Part shown: positions 26,853 through 38,657 of the stretch, one piece after another | Numbering within the stretch: position 1 is the stretch's first letter | Layout of the letters: each line of letters begins with the position of its first letter | Assembly (NCBI GenBank): GCA_963712855.1 | Contig: CAVQJN010000001.1 | Coordinates: 742,747-806,746 of the forward strand | Reading direction: 5' to 3' | DNA: 64,000 bases | Source: Thermoanaerobaculia bacterium | GTDB lineage: Bacteria; Acidobacteriota; Thermoanaerobaculia; Multivoradales; JAGPDF01 | The notes under the pieces: generated by a model | What the model saw: only the letters and a program-made list of their open reading frames with translations | Database searches by the model: none | What the model was told of the DNA's origin: nothing | Made by a program: the position numbers and the translations under genes

Positions 26853-27482
26853 TCATCGCAGCCACGCCAGAGACGCGACTTCGTCAAATCGATCGACGTG
26901 ACGGCCGCAGCGCGGACAGCGGGTGACCCAGCCGGCGACCCCCTGCGCCGCGCGCCAGAAGGCGGGTGGTGCGCAGAACCAGTGCCACTCGAGCCGGGAT
27001 GGGAGGGTCAGGCAGGGCCAGCAGGGGCGTACCCGGGATCGCTGGCGGGCCCGCCGCTCCGCGGTCGGTTCGATGGGACGGACGACCCAGTCGGCGAGCG
27101 CATGCTCGGCGAGCCAGTCGTCGGGCACCAGCCGGCCGACTCGTTGCGGAAAGATGCGGACGAAGAAGGTGCCCGCGGCCCGGGTGGGGAGAAGGGCGTA
27201 GCCCGAGATCAGAGCCCGCGCTTGCGCTAGCCGGCGCGCTCGCACGATCAGAGAGCGAAAGCGCCGGGGCGACTGCGCGCCGCCGAAGTATGCGGTGTCG
27301 TCGTCGTGCACGAAGACGACGCCCGCGACGCCCGGCCGGCGGGCGAGCTCGCCCGCCGCCACGCGCAGGGCCTCCAGGTGGAGCTCGCGATCTCCTGGCA
27401 ACCGCACCTCCACGACAATCGCGTCCCCCGCGAGACGCCGGAAGTCGGCCGCGAGATCCTCGCTCAGCGGCCGGTTCGTCAA
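26853..27482 (-). CDS. Hypothetical protein with C-terminal CxxC zinc-ribbon-like motif, translationally coupled to the upstream AAA+ ATPase
   Basis: 209 aa. Its start codon overlaps the AAA+ gene stop (27479-27482). C-terminal C-W-P-C ... C-P-R-C-G arrangement. No recognised domain. Confidence 0.35.
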   Translation of the reverse strand: MTNRPLSEDLAADFRRLAGDAIVVEVRLPGDRELHLEALRVAAGELARRPGVAGVVFVHDDDTAYFGGAQSPRRFRSLIVRARRLAQARALISGYALLPTRAAGTFFVRIFPQRVGRLVPDDWLAEHALADWVVRPIEPTAERRARQRSRVRPCWPCLTLPSRLEWHWFCAPPAFWRAAQGVAGWVTRCPRCGRHVDRFDEVASLAWLR

Positions 27483-28862
27483 TCCGCCTCCTCCGCTGCG
27501 AGGAGGCCGAACCCCGCCGTTCGCCGCTCCGGCGCCCGGCCGACGAGATCCAGCGCGCAGAGCAGGTGGACTCGCAACACTTCGACGCGCTCCATCGCCT
27601 CGCCCTCACGCTCCAGCACCGCGGCGGCGATGGCGCCATTGGCGACCTCCTCGATCTGCGCCCCCGTCGAGCCGTCCAGTCGTTCGACCGCCCAGTCGAG
27701 GTCTTCGTCCGCGACGCCGACGTGGCGGAGCCGGTGGCCGAGCAGCCGCCGACGGGTCTCCGCGTCGGGGGGGCCGATTTCGAGGATCTGGTCGAAGCGC
27801 CCCGGCCGGTTGCGCACCGCCTCTTCCACCACCTCGAGCCGGTTGGTGGTAGCGATGGTCAGGATCGGCTGATCGCCGGCTGCCCCGTCGAGCTCGTTCA
27901 TCAGCGGCCCGAGCAGGTCGTTGCGGAAGCCGCGATCTCGGCTCTGCGCGATGAGGTCGAGGTCTTCGAGGAAGATCACGGTGGGCGCCAGCCAGCGGGC
28001 GATTTCGAAGACCTCGTGCACGTGGTCGGGCTTCTGCAGATCGGCGGGGGTCACCCAGAGAAAGGTGCAAGAGAGACTCTCCGCCAACTCGCGTCCGATC
28101 GAGCTCTTGCCAGTGCCGGGCGGGCCCGCCAGGATGAGGCCGGCACGGCGCCGCAGCCCGAGCCTCTGGGTGGCCGGGGAGGTGAAACGCCGGACCGCGA
28201 AGTCGAGGCGCTCGCGCAGGAGCCCGGGTAGGAAGAGCCGCTCGTCTTCGGAGCTTCCTGCGGCTCGGCGCCATGGTTCCGTCAGCGAGCAGCTTGCGGC
28301 CACGCAGCACGTTGTGCGCGCGCGTGAAGTCGAGCCAGTCCTCGAGCAGCTTCGGCTGGCGGTCGAGCTGCAGGGCGGCGATGCCGATCTCGTTGGGGCC
28401 GAAGCTCTCGGCCTCGAAGCGCACGACGCAGCGCTCGCGGTCACGTTCGAGGAAGAGCTGGAGGTTCTTCGGGATCTCGAGCCAGAGGCTCGGGTCGAGC
28501 CTGAGGCTCTCGAACTCGGGTGGCACGACCGAGGAGTTGCCGCGCGGCCCCTCTTCGAATCCGATCGCGCCGCGAATCCGCCACCCCTGGCTGTCGAGGA
28601 ACGCCTCGAGGGAGCTCCAGAGGAGCGCTGCGCGCAGCTTGCCGAAGAGCATGTAGAGCTTGATCGAGCCGTCGCTGCCGAGGAACTGCGAGGTCAGCCG
28701 GGTGAGCAGGCAGTCTTCCTCCTCGAAGCGGAGGAGCTTGAGGAACTCCTCGGAGCTGCGGCGATGGATCGGGGGCACGGGCTCCGCACCGGGCGGGATG
28801 GCGCGCAGGGCTTCGCGCCCGGCTTCGCGTTGCTCGTCAGGGATCTCGGGGATGGGTTGCAT
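27479..28862 (-). CDS. AAA+ ATPase (classic clade) with ~200-aa N-terminal domain; frameshifted near 28255-28270 in this assembly
   Basis: C-terminal half carries Walker A GPPGTGKS, Walker B IFLEDLDL, sensor-1 TTN and RNRPGRFDQ (arginine finger region). The N-terminal half (MQPIPEIPDEQ...KLLADG) is in the other frame (ORF 27606-28958). One gene with a 1-nt indel. Confidence 0.6.
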
Positions 28863-28942
28863 GGCGTTCTTCCTTTCGCCGCGCAAACTATCCGCCGACC
28901 TCAGACAAACCCTGTCCGACCGCTTGTGGGAGGATCTCCGTC

Positions 28943-29893
28943 GTGCCCCGGAGGACACTGCACCGCGCGGGCGATTTCCTCTCGCAGCCGGCCCGGCTAC
29001 TCGAGATCGACGCCCGCCTGCGCGCCGGCCGCCACCCGAGCCACGCCGAGCTGGCGAGCGAGCTCGGCGTCTCGGCCCGCACGATCCAGCGCGACTTCGA
29101 CTACCTCCGCTTCACCCTCGGCGCCCCCCTCGAATACGACGAGCGCCGCAAAGGCTGGAGCTACACGGAAGACACGTACTCCCTCCCCGCCGTCTATCTG
29201 ACGAACGACGACGTGCAGGCCCTCCTCCTGGTCCGCCAGGCGGTCGAGCAATACCAGGGCACCCCTTACGCCGCCGCCGCGCATCACGCCCTCGAGCTCA
29301 TGGAACGCGCCCTCCCCGCCCGCGAACGCCTCGCCGCAGAGTGGGTCAGCCAACGCGTCGCCTTCACCGACTTCCCCGCCGCCACCATCCGCCCGGCCGT
29401 CTGGAAGGCTGTGCTCGAGGGACTCCGCACCTCACACACCCTCGCTCTGACCTACCAACGCCCTGGCGCCAAGCCCCAACGGCGGCGCGTCGATCCCTAC
29501 GGGCTGATCGTTTCGGAAGGCGACTGGTATCTCTACACGTACTCGCACCACCACAAGGCGCGCCGAACGTTCTTGCTGGCGAGAATGAAGCGGGTCACGG
29601 TCCTGCAGGCGAGCTTCGACCTGCCGGAGGGCTTCTCGCTTGCGCGCTACGTGCACGAGGGCTTCGGTGGCTTACAGGCCGACGGCATGCGAGCGCGGTG
29701 GGTACGAATTACGTTCACCGAGAATGCGTCGCGGGTCGCCGCCGAGCGCAAATGGCATCCGGACCAGAGGATGAGCTGGGACACACGAAAGCGGCTTACG
29801 ATCGAGTTCGAGGTACGAGCGCCATTCCGCCTGGCGAGACGCCTGCTCGAGTGGGAGAACAGGATCGAAGCGCTCTCTTGGCACGCCGGATAG
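28943..29893 (+). CDS. WYL-domain transcriptional regulator (HTH-WYL-WCX architecture)
   Basis: N-terminal HTH (HAELASELGVSARTIQRDFDYL), central WYL domain (RVDPYGLIVSEGDWYLYTYSH) and a C-terminal WCX-like extension. Divergent from the AAA+ operon. Confidence 0.8.
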   Translation: MPRRTLHRAGDFLSQPARLLEIDARLRAGRHPSHAELASELGVSARTIQRDFDYLRFTLGAPLEYDERRKGWSYTEDTYSLPAVYLTNDDVQALLLVRQAVEQYQGTPYAAAAHHALELMERALPARERLAAEWVSQRVAFTDFPAATIRPAVWKAVLEGLRTSHTLALTYQRPGAKPQRRRVDPYGLIVSEGDWYLYTYSHHHKARRTFLLARMKRVTVLQASFDLPEGFSLARYVHEGFGGLQADGMRARWVRITFTENASRVAAERKWHPDQRMSWDTRKRLTIEFEVRAPFRLARRLLEWENRIEALSWHAG

Positions 29894-29984
29894 AGAGACA
29901 GGCGCCCCGGCCTGAAGCAAACTCTAGAATCGAACACACATGCGTCGACAGCTGTGAGCAGAGACTCAAGGAGAGAGAGTTCAA

Positions 29985-31028
29985 ATGCGATACATCGGAG
30001 TCGATCTTACGTCCGGTCTCGTTGACCACCCCAGGCCAGTAGACCTGGCAATCATCGAAGACAATAATGTGGAGTTTCAGCAGTGGGACTGGCCACAAGA
30101 TCAGCAAGTGATATTCAATGCTGGACCCGCGCTGGCCAACCACTTCCTGCAGAACATCGACTGGAATCCAGACGAGATGCGGCTCGCGATTGACGGCCCT
30201 CAAGCTCTCGCGACGATAGGGCATTTTGTGCGGATTGCTGAACTGGAGCTCGCAACTCCGGGCCGGACACCCGACGAAATGCCTCTCCTTGATCGACCAT
30301 TTGGCAGCTACATCCAATCCAGCATCTTCCTCTTCCGAGCACTACTGGCTTTCGGCGAGCGCATTTGCCTCCCGAACAATGCCAATCACTTGGACGCTTC
30401 GCTCTATGAAATATTTCCAGGCAGTGAGTGGCAAGTGCTCTTTGGCCGCCGACTTCCGAAGAAGGCCTCAAGAGCCGGTCGAGAGGCTAGGGCCACGCTC
30501 TTCCGCCAACTTGGACTCGATCTTCCACATCTGCTGCCATCTGCCGACCAGAACGATGCGCTGATTGGCGCATGTCTCCTTCGGTGGGCCGAACACGAAC
30601 CGCAGCGCGTCCGATTAGTTGGGGAGGTAGCTCAGGAGAACCCCCTGCGAGAAGGATTCATCCTTCATTCAGCCCGACGGGCGAATGAGCTGGACCGTGA
30701 AGACGTTGAGGTGGCAGAACCTGCCGACATGGAGGTTCCGGATTGGGCAGCAGACGTGCACTACATCAGATTCACAGACAACGGATGTGTCTGGCGGAAG
30801 CCGCCAGAGAATCGGTGGCTGGAAATCGGAGTAACGTACACATTGGAGGCCTGTGGCCAACATTTCACGCTCTCCCCACTCGGCGGCGACGTGGCATGGG
30901 GGTGCGACCCAACGGTCCAGGCGCTACTCGGTCAGCTCGGGATCGCGCCGATTCCTCAGCATCTGAGTGCTGCGAACTCGATCAGTGTTGCTGTTGCCGT
31001 GATCAATGAAGAGGAGGCTGGTGGGTGA
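29985..31028 (+). CDS. Predicted RNase H-like fold protein (DUF429-like)
   Basis: N-terminus MRYIGVDLTSG...VDLAIIED and a later ...ADQNDALIGACLL resemble the carboxylate-bearing strands and helix of RNase H-like/DUF429 proteins. Low-GC segment. This is a weak assignment. Confidence 0.4.
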   Translation: MRYIGVDLTSGLVDHPRPVDLAIIEDNNVEFQQWDWPQDQQVIFNAGPALANHFLQNIDWNPDEMRLAIDGPQALATIGHFVRIAELELATPGRTPDEMPLLDRPFGSYIQSSIFLFRALLAFGERICLPNNANHLDASLYEIFPGSEWQVLFGRRLPKKASRAGREARATLFRQLGLDLPHLLPSADQNDALIGACLLRWAEHEPQRVRLVGEVAQENPLREGFILHSARRANELDREDVEVAEPADMEVPDWAADVHYIRFTDNGCVWRKPPENRWLEIGVTYTLEACGQHFTLSPLGGDVAWGCDPTVQALLGQLGIAPIPQHLSAANSISVAVAVINEEEAGG

Positions 31029-31228
31029 ATCTATGTCCTCTGCTACGTTCTTGCGGACGCCGAAAGGTCGCAGACCTAGCGGCTCAGAATCGGGGAGGAG
31101 AGCCCCATTCAACCCGGACTAACGCTGTCAGTGGACCGACATAGGGGAAGGGCGCAATGTCCTCAGCGAACTGACAGAGGCTGTCAGCGTCGAGTGCTAC
31201 CGTAGGTCCCGACAAGAAGAATCCGCAT

Positions 31229-34200
31229 ATGAATAGGCAGCCGGGGTCATCTCAGTCCGTCCGTGTTCTCCTGATTCTGCTGATAGCGTTCGTCGGATCG
31301 CAGACAGCAGCGAGATCCGACCCGCCTCAGTTGTATGCGTTCACAGGCGATCCTACGCCCCTCGGGACTCGCACTCCCTTGATCCTGATTCATGGTCTTC
31401 AACCGAATTGCGACGAGACATACGAAGGAGTCTGGGCAAACTTCGTGTGGAACGAGTGGGCGAACAACGTCGAACTCCGACAGAAGACAAAAGTGTACCT
31501 ATTGAGGTACGAAACCGTCCAAGGAAAACTGGCATCCGGCGACCCTACAAACGTTGCATCTGTGGCTACAGCTCTCGGTGAGCAACTGGAGTCGAGTCAA
31601 CAATTCCCTGAGTTCTCGGGAAAGGACTTTCTCTTAGTCGCGCACTCCTTGGGTGGTCTAGTCGCCAGGTCCTTCATGCAGCAATTCCGATTCTCTGATG
31701 GAACTCTGGGGGGGGCCCGAGTCCTCAGGCTGATTACTTTAGCCACTCCACACCATGGCAGCCCAATTGCCAACATAGCTGAAGGCTACCCATCGGTCTG
31801 GTGCCTCACTCCTAGCAACGGATTTCTTCAAGACCTTTCATGGGATGCGTACGATGGCTTCCTCTTCCTCTTGGATCCGTGCAACCCCTGGTTAGGAAGC
31901 TTGAATATCAGCGGAGGCGCGCCCTCATATGCCACTCAAGCGTGCGCATATCAGGACGTACCTGGAGAAGATGGTGAGTTCTCGAAAATCTTCGCCTACG
32001 GCGGCGAGACGACACCTCTCGCTGCCACGCTCGATTTCGTTCTCTCGAATTCACTATTGAATGCGCGCGGATACGAGCACAATGACGGTCTAGTGCCGCT
32101 TGGTAGCGCTCTATTCGACGGGGTATCCCTTGGCGCCAAACGCACGGTAATCGCTCCCTGTAACCATGGCCAGATCGTTGGTGGATCGTGCAGCGTCATC
32201 TATGACAACGGAGATATTGCCAGTGTCTTTGACGCGGTGGCCAATGATCTGCTAGCAGCGCTTAACGAGGATCCAACACCAGTCATCATGTCGGTAAGCC
32301 CCAGCGTCTTGGCAACTGAGCCACTTCCTCAGACACAGCGTTTGACGATTTCAGGGAGTGATTTTGCGCCTGACGCCACTCTGACGTTCTTTGACGGAAG
32401 TTCCCACTATGTGGGGCGATCTCCCATTCCGCCAGTACAGCCTAACCAACTTCAATACGACATTGCTGCGGGCCCGTACGAAGGTGCTTGGACTGTCCAG
32501 GTGGTTAACGGCACGAAGGCTTCGAACGAATTTCCGTTCTGGGTTGTCGACACGCCGGGCAACGACGACACAGCACCACCCGCACCGATCGACCCACAGA
32601 TGTCACCAGCATCCTGGGGCAACCCAATTCTCTTCTACCTCGACTGGGCGAATCCAGCCGATCCCTCTGGAGTCACCAAAGTCTGGTGGAAGTGGGACAG
32701 CCCGCCCACATTTCAGGGTGACGGCATTGGACTTGCCCTCCCACTCTTCAAACCGCTCCCCGTTGCACCTGTCACAGAGGGTGCGCGAACGATCTATTTC
32801 TGGCTTGAGGATGGGAGTGGAAACTCCGATTTCCACAACTGGGCCAGTGCCACCGCTTACTACGATGTAACTGCGCCGTCGCTCTCGATTGACGAGAGTC
32901 CGGACGGTTCCCCCATTCAGATCGCCAGCAGCCAGCTGATCTTGCACGGGTCGGCCACGGACAACCTCAGCGGCGTCGGTGGCATTAGCTGGATGAGCAA
33001 CCGCGGTGGTACAGGAGGCGCAACGGGGACAACCAACTGGTCAACGTCATCGATCCTGCTTGCTCCAGGCGACAACGTGATCACTGTCTCAGCCACTGAC
33101 CGCGCGGGCAACTCGGCATCCGAATCGCTTACCGTGACCTCGACCGCCCAGCCATCGGCCTGCGGTCCCTGGGAGTGGGACTCACCAGTGTCGAACGTGG
33201 CGAGCGCCGCTGCCTATGGGGATGGCAAGTGGGTGGCAGTCGGCTACAGCGGTGCGATCTGGACGAGTCCGGATGGGGTCACTTGGACTCCGCAGACGAG
33301 CTCAGTGGCCCAGAGCCTCAACGACGTCATCTGGACCGGCAGTCAGTTTATGGCGGTCGGTAACAACGACACGATCCTGACCAGCCCGGATGGGGTGAAC
33401 TGGCAGGTCGTGAGGTCCTCATCGGTCTTTAACTACTACGGCGTGGCCTGGAACGGATCGCAGTATGTGCTCGTGGGTCGTGGGGCCTCCCCGACAACGA
33501 CGAGCCGGGGTTGGATGTGGACGAGCTCGGACGGCGCGGTCTGGACACAACGCTTCTACGACCCTGACACCAACTACAGATCACCGATCTGGAGCGGGAC
33601 GTTGTTCGCCCTGCTCGACAACAAGGGCAACGTCTACACCAGCCCGGACGGCGCCAACTGGACCAGCCAAAACATCTCGGCCACGGGATTGAACGACGTC
33701 GCCTGGAGTGGCACCGAGTACCTCATCACCCAGGGCACCACCGTCTACACCAGCCCCGACGCCGTCACCTGGACTCCTCACTCCATCACTCCTTCGCTCA
33801 GCCACGTGATCTGGGCCGGCAACCGCTTCGTAGCAACCAGCGGTCCTCAGATCTGGTCGAGTGCGGACGGGCTGAGCTGGACATTGGAGACCACCGACGG
33901 CAATGGCGACATCAACGACCTTGCCTGGAGTGGCAACCAAGCCATCGCGGTCAGTGGTGGAGAGTCCTTCTGGAGGCAGAGCTGCACGCTTCCCGCTGCG
34001 GATTTCCGCTTCAGTCCGGCTACACCGTTGCGCAACCAGCCGGTCGCCTTCTTCGACCAGTCCACCGCTAGTCCGACGGCCTGGAGCTGGGACTTCGGCG
34101 ACGGCCAGGGAAGCTCGCAGCAGGATCCGACCCACACCTATGGCCAAGGTGGCGTCTACTCGGTGAGCCTCGCCGCGACCAACGCCTTCGGCACGGACAG

Positions 34201-37200
34201 CACCCAGCAGCAGATCACCGTCTCGCTACCGACCAGCCCGTGCAGCCCCTGGGAGTGGGACGCCCCGGTGGCGAGCCCGGTCAACGCGGCGACCTACGGC
34301 AATGGCCAGTGGGTGGCGGTGGGCAATTCCGGATGGATCGGGACGAGCCCGGATGGGGTGACCTGGACGCAGCAGACGAGTCCGGTCACGACCAAGCTGC
34401 TCGATGTCATCTGGACGGGCAGCCAGTACATGGCAGTCGGCTTCGCCGGCACGATCCTGACGAGCCCGGACGGAGTCACTTGGCAAGCCAGCAACAGCAT
34501 CTCCGGCGTTTACGACCTCTATAGCGTAGTCTGGAGCGGCTCACAGTACCTGCTCGTGGGAAGACTCCCGAGCACCACGAGGAGCTATGTTTGGACGAGC
34601 TCGGACGGTCACGTCTGGGCCCAACGTCTCTATGGACCTGACACCACGTACCTCCATCCGATCTGGAGTGGGACGCTCTTCGTCCTGCTCGACAACAAGG
34701 GCAACGTCTCCACCAGTCCGACGGGCGCGAACTGGACGACCCAGAACATCTCGGCCAGCGGATTGAACGAAGTGGCTTGGAGCGGCACCGAGTACCTGAT
34801 CACCCAGTGGACCACGGTCTACACCAGCCCCGACGCCGTCACCTGGACTCCTCACTCCATCACTCCTTCGCTCAGCCACGTGATCTGGGCTGGCAACCGC
34901 TTCATTGCCGCCGGAGGAACCGGGACGACACAGATCTTCTCCAGTCCCGATGGACTCAACTGGACCTTGGAGACCACCGACGGTAATGGCGGCATCAACG
35001 ACTTGGCTTGGAGTGGCAATCAAGCCGTGGCGGGTGCAGGAGCTTCTTTCTGGACCCAGAGCTGCACAATTCCGACAGCCGACTTCCGCTTCAATCCGGC
35101 AGCACCTCTACGCAACCAACCTGTCGCCTTCTTCGACCTCTCCAGCGCCAATCCAACGTCATGGAGCTGGGACTTTGGTGACGGCCAGGGGAAGCTCCCA
35201 GCAGGATCCGACCCACACCTATGGCCAAGGTGGCGTCTACTCGGTGAGCCTCGCCGCGACCAACGCCTTCGGCACGGACAGCACCCAGCAGCAGATCACC
35301 GTCTCGCTACCGACCAGCCCGTGCAGCCCCTGGGAGTGGGACGCCCCGGTGGCGAGCCCGGTCAACGCGGCGACCTACGGCAATGGCCAGTGGGTGGCGG
35401 TGGGCAATTCCGGATGGATCGGGACGAGCCCGGATGGGGTGACCTGGACGCAGCAGACGAGTCCGGTCACGACCAAGCTGCTCGATGTCATCTGGACGGG
35501 CAGCCAGTACATGGCAGTCGGCTTCGCCGGCACGATCCTGACGAGCCCGGACGGAGTCACTTGGCAAGCCAGCAACAGCATCTCCGGCGTCTACGACCTC
35601 TATAGCGTGGTCTGGAGCGGCTCACAGTACCTGCTCGTGGGAAGACTCCCGAGCACCACGAGGAGCTATGTTTGGACGAGCTCGGACGGTCACGTCTGGG
35701 CCCAACGTCTCTATGGACCTGACACCACGTACCTCCATCCGATCTGGAGTGGGACGCTCTTCGTCCTGCTCGACAACAAGGGCAACGTCTCCACCAGTCC
35801 GACGGGCGCGAACTGGACGACCCAGAACATCTCGGCCAGCGGATTGAACGAAGTGGCTTGGAGCGGCACCGAGTACCTGATCACCCAGTGGACCACGGTC
35901 TACACCAGCCCCGACGCCGTCACCTGGACTCCTCACTCCATCACTCCTTCGCTCAGCCACGTGATCTGGGCTGGCAACCGCTTCATTGCCGCCGGAGGAA
36001 CCGGGACGACACAGATCTTCTCCAGTCCCGATGGACTCAACTGGACCTTGGAGACCACCGACGGTAATGGCGGCATCAACGACTTGGCTTGGAGTGGCAA
36101 TCAAGCCGTGGCGGGTGCAGGAGCTTCTTTCTGGACCCAGAGCTGCACAATTCCGACAGCCGACTTCCGCTTCAATCCGGCAGCACCTCTACGCAACCAA
36201 CCTGTCGCCTTCTTCGACCTCTCCAGCGCCAATCCAACGTCATGGAGCTGGGACTTTGGTGACGGCCAGGGGAGCTCCCAGCAGGATCCGACCCACACCT
36301 ATGGCCAAGGTGGCGTCTACTCGGTGAGCCTCGCCGCGACCAACGCCTTCGGCACGGACAGCACCCAGCAGCAGATCACCGTCTCGCTACCGACCAGCCC
36401 GTGCAGCCCCTGGGAGTGGGACGCCCCGGTGGCGAGCCCGGTCAACGCGGCGACCTACGGCAATGGCCAGTGGGTGGCGGTGGGCAATTCCGGATGGATC
36501 GGGACGAGCCCGGATGGGGTGACCTGGACGCAGCAGACGAGTCCGGTCACGACCAAGCTGCTCGATGTCATCTGGACGGGCAGCCAGTACATGGCAGTCG
36601 GCTTCGCCGGCACGATCCTGACGAGCCCGGACGGAGTCACTTGGCAAGCCAGCAACAGCATCTCCGGCGTCTACGACCTCTATAGCGTGGTCTGGAGCGG
36701 CTCACAGTACCTGCTCGTGGGAAGACTCCCGAGCACCACGAGGAGCTATGTTTGGACGAGCTCGGACGGTCACGTCTGGGCCCAACGTCTCTATGGACCT
36801 GACACCACGTACCTCCATCCGATCTGGAGTGGGACGCTCTTCGTCCTGCTCGACAACAAGGGCAACGTCTCCACCAGTCCGACGGGCGCGAACTGGACGA
36901 CCCAGAACATCTCGGCCAGCGGATTGAACGAAGTGGCTTGGAGCGGCACCGAGTACCTGATCACCCAGTGGACCACGGTCTACACCAGCCCCGACGCCGT
37001 CACCTGGACTCCTCACTCCATCACTCCTTCGCTCAGCCACGTGATCTGGGCTGGCAACCGCTTCATTGCCGCCGGAGGAACCGGGACGACACAGATCTTC
37101 TCCAGTCCCGATGGACTCAACTGGACCTTGGAGACCACCGACGGTAATGGCGGCATCAACGACTTGGCTTGGAGTGGCAAGGAGTTGGTTGCCGGAGGAG

Positions 37201-38381
37201 GCGCTGGCGCAATCGGAACGCAGGGCTGCAACGATGCTGTGGATCTCCAGGTCACTGGGCCCTCGGTGAGCTCCACCTCTCCAGAACCCGGTTCAGATCT
37301 TGTCGTCTACATGACCGCCTCGAACCTCGGCACAGATCCCAGCAATGCAACTACGCTGGTTTACTACCGCTCATCGGATGCCGTGATCTCCTCCGCCGAT
37401 ACGGAGATCGGTCAGGACTCGATCTCCAGCTTGGCCGGTGGGGCGAGCTCTCCACAGAATCTGCAGACAACTGCCCCGAGCAGCGACGGGACGTACTGGT
37501 TTGGAGCCTGCATCCTGCCAACTGGCGATGAGTCCAATGTATCCAACAATTGTTCGACCGGAGTTGAGGTTGATGTGGTGTCCCACCCCGACCTCGTCGT
37601 CATTGACCCGTCAGTCGACAACGCGGCCCCAGCACAGGGACAGCAGATCACTATCCACGCGACCGCCAAGAATTCAGGAATCGCCGCATCAGCTGCGACA
37701 AACCTCACTTACTACCTCTCCCCGGACCCGACAATCACTTCTGGCGACACGTCGCTCGGTCAGAAATCCGTCCCAGCGCTGTCGCCAAATGGCACCTATC
37801 CGGACAGCCTTCAGACTACTGCGCCGCCCGCCACAGGCAACTATTGGCTTGGCGCATGCGTTCAGTCTGTCAGTGGTGAGACCAATGTCTCCAACAACTG
37901 TTCGACCGGCGTGGAGATTCAAGTTGGGCCCGCTTGCACAGACGATGAATTCGAGCTCCTCGGGAGCGACAACTCTGATGACACCTGCTACGGCGCCAGC
38001 GTCGTGCCAGGAGTCGCGCAGCAACATCTTCACTGCGACGAAGACTGGGTTCGCTTCGTGCCAGATGCAGGAGCTACCTACCGCATCGAGACTTCATCCC
38101 TAACTGGTGGAGCCGACACAACACTCGCGCTACACCAAGACTGTGGTCAGCAGCAGTTGGCGTTCAACGACAACTTCACAGGCCTCGCATCACGAATCGA
38201 CTGGACCGCTACAGGTACCGCGCCGATCGATATCAGAATCCAAGAAAGGGCCGGTACTTACGCAACTGGGGAGGGCTACACCATCTCCGTGTCTTGCATC
38301 GCCGGATGCGCGCCCGTCCCAATCTTCGCCGACGGCTTCGAGGACGGCACTCTTTGCGCATGGTCGAACGGAGGATGCTAG
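31229..38381 (+). CDS. Giant secreted multidomain protein: alpha/beta-hydrolase (lipase-like) + Ig-like domains + 4x [BNR/Asp-box beta-propeller + PKD] + 2x CARDB + PPC-like C-terminal domain; single frameshift near 35192
   Basis: Signal peptide; ILIHGL...VAHSLGGLVAR (GxSxG serine hydrolase). Repeated YG(D/N)G(K/Q)WVAVG...TSPDGVTWT (SxDxGxTW Asp-boxes) blocks, each followed by PKD (WDFGDGQ...THTYGQGGVYSVSLAATNAFG). CARDB-like segments at 37230-37900. C-terminus ...IFADGFEDGTLCAWSNGGC. ORFs 31229-35605 and 34905-38381 differ by a 1-nt insertion (GGGGAAGCT versus GGGGAGCT in the other copies). Confidence 0.75.
34221..37180 (+). repeat. Near-perfect tandem repeat, unit 1080/1081 bp, ~2.7 copies (preceded by a more diverged copy from ~33150)
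   Basis: The same >100-nt strings recur at 34264, 35345 and 36425 (offsets 1081 and 1080). Each unit encodes one beta-propeller plus PKD module. Confidence 0.9.
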
Positions 38382-38657
38382 CTAGCCGAACCTTGCTCTT
38401 CCACCGAAGTAGTCCGCTTGAGGTATCCAATATGGAACAAGCCTAGGCGTTCTTCGCTTCTTACCTACTTCTCCCGTCCGATCAGACTGCCGGGAAGAGA
38501 CCGAACCTTTGACCTGCTCCCCGCAACTCGGACCAGTGGAAATCAACAACCCCACAAGATGGGCTCTTGAGCTTGCGAGATCGCCCCAAAGCGGTCGACC
38601 CCAAGTCTTCTGAGGGGTACATTAGAGGTATCCTCAGCCTGACGAGCCACAAGCCCT

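Noticed and set aside
27606-30042. ORFs 28660-30042 (+), 27921-29201 (+) and 26966-28231 (+) as independent genes
   Set aside because: Arg/Pro/Ala-rich off-frame translations. They overlap the AAA+ ATPase (minus strand) and the WYL regulator, both of which have conserved motifs.
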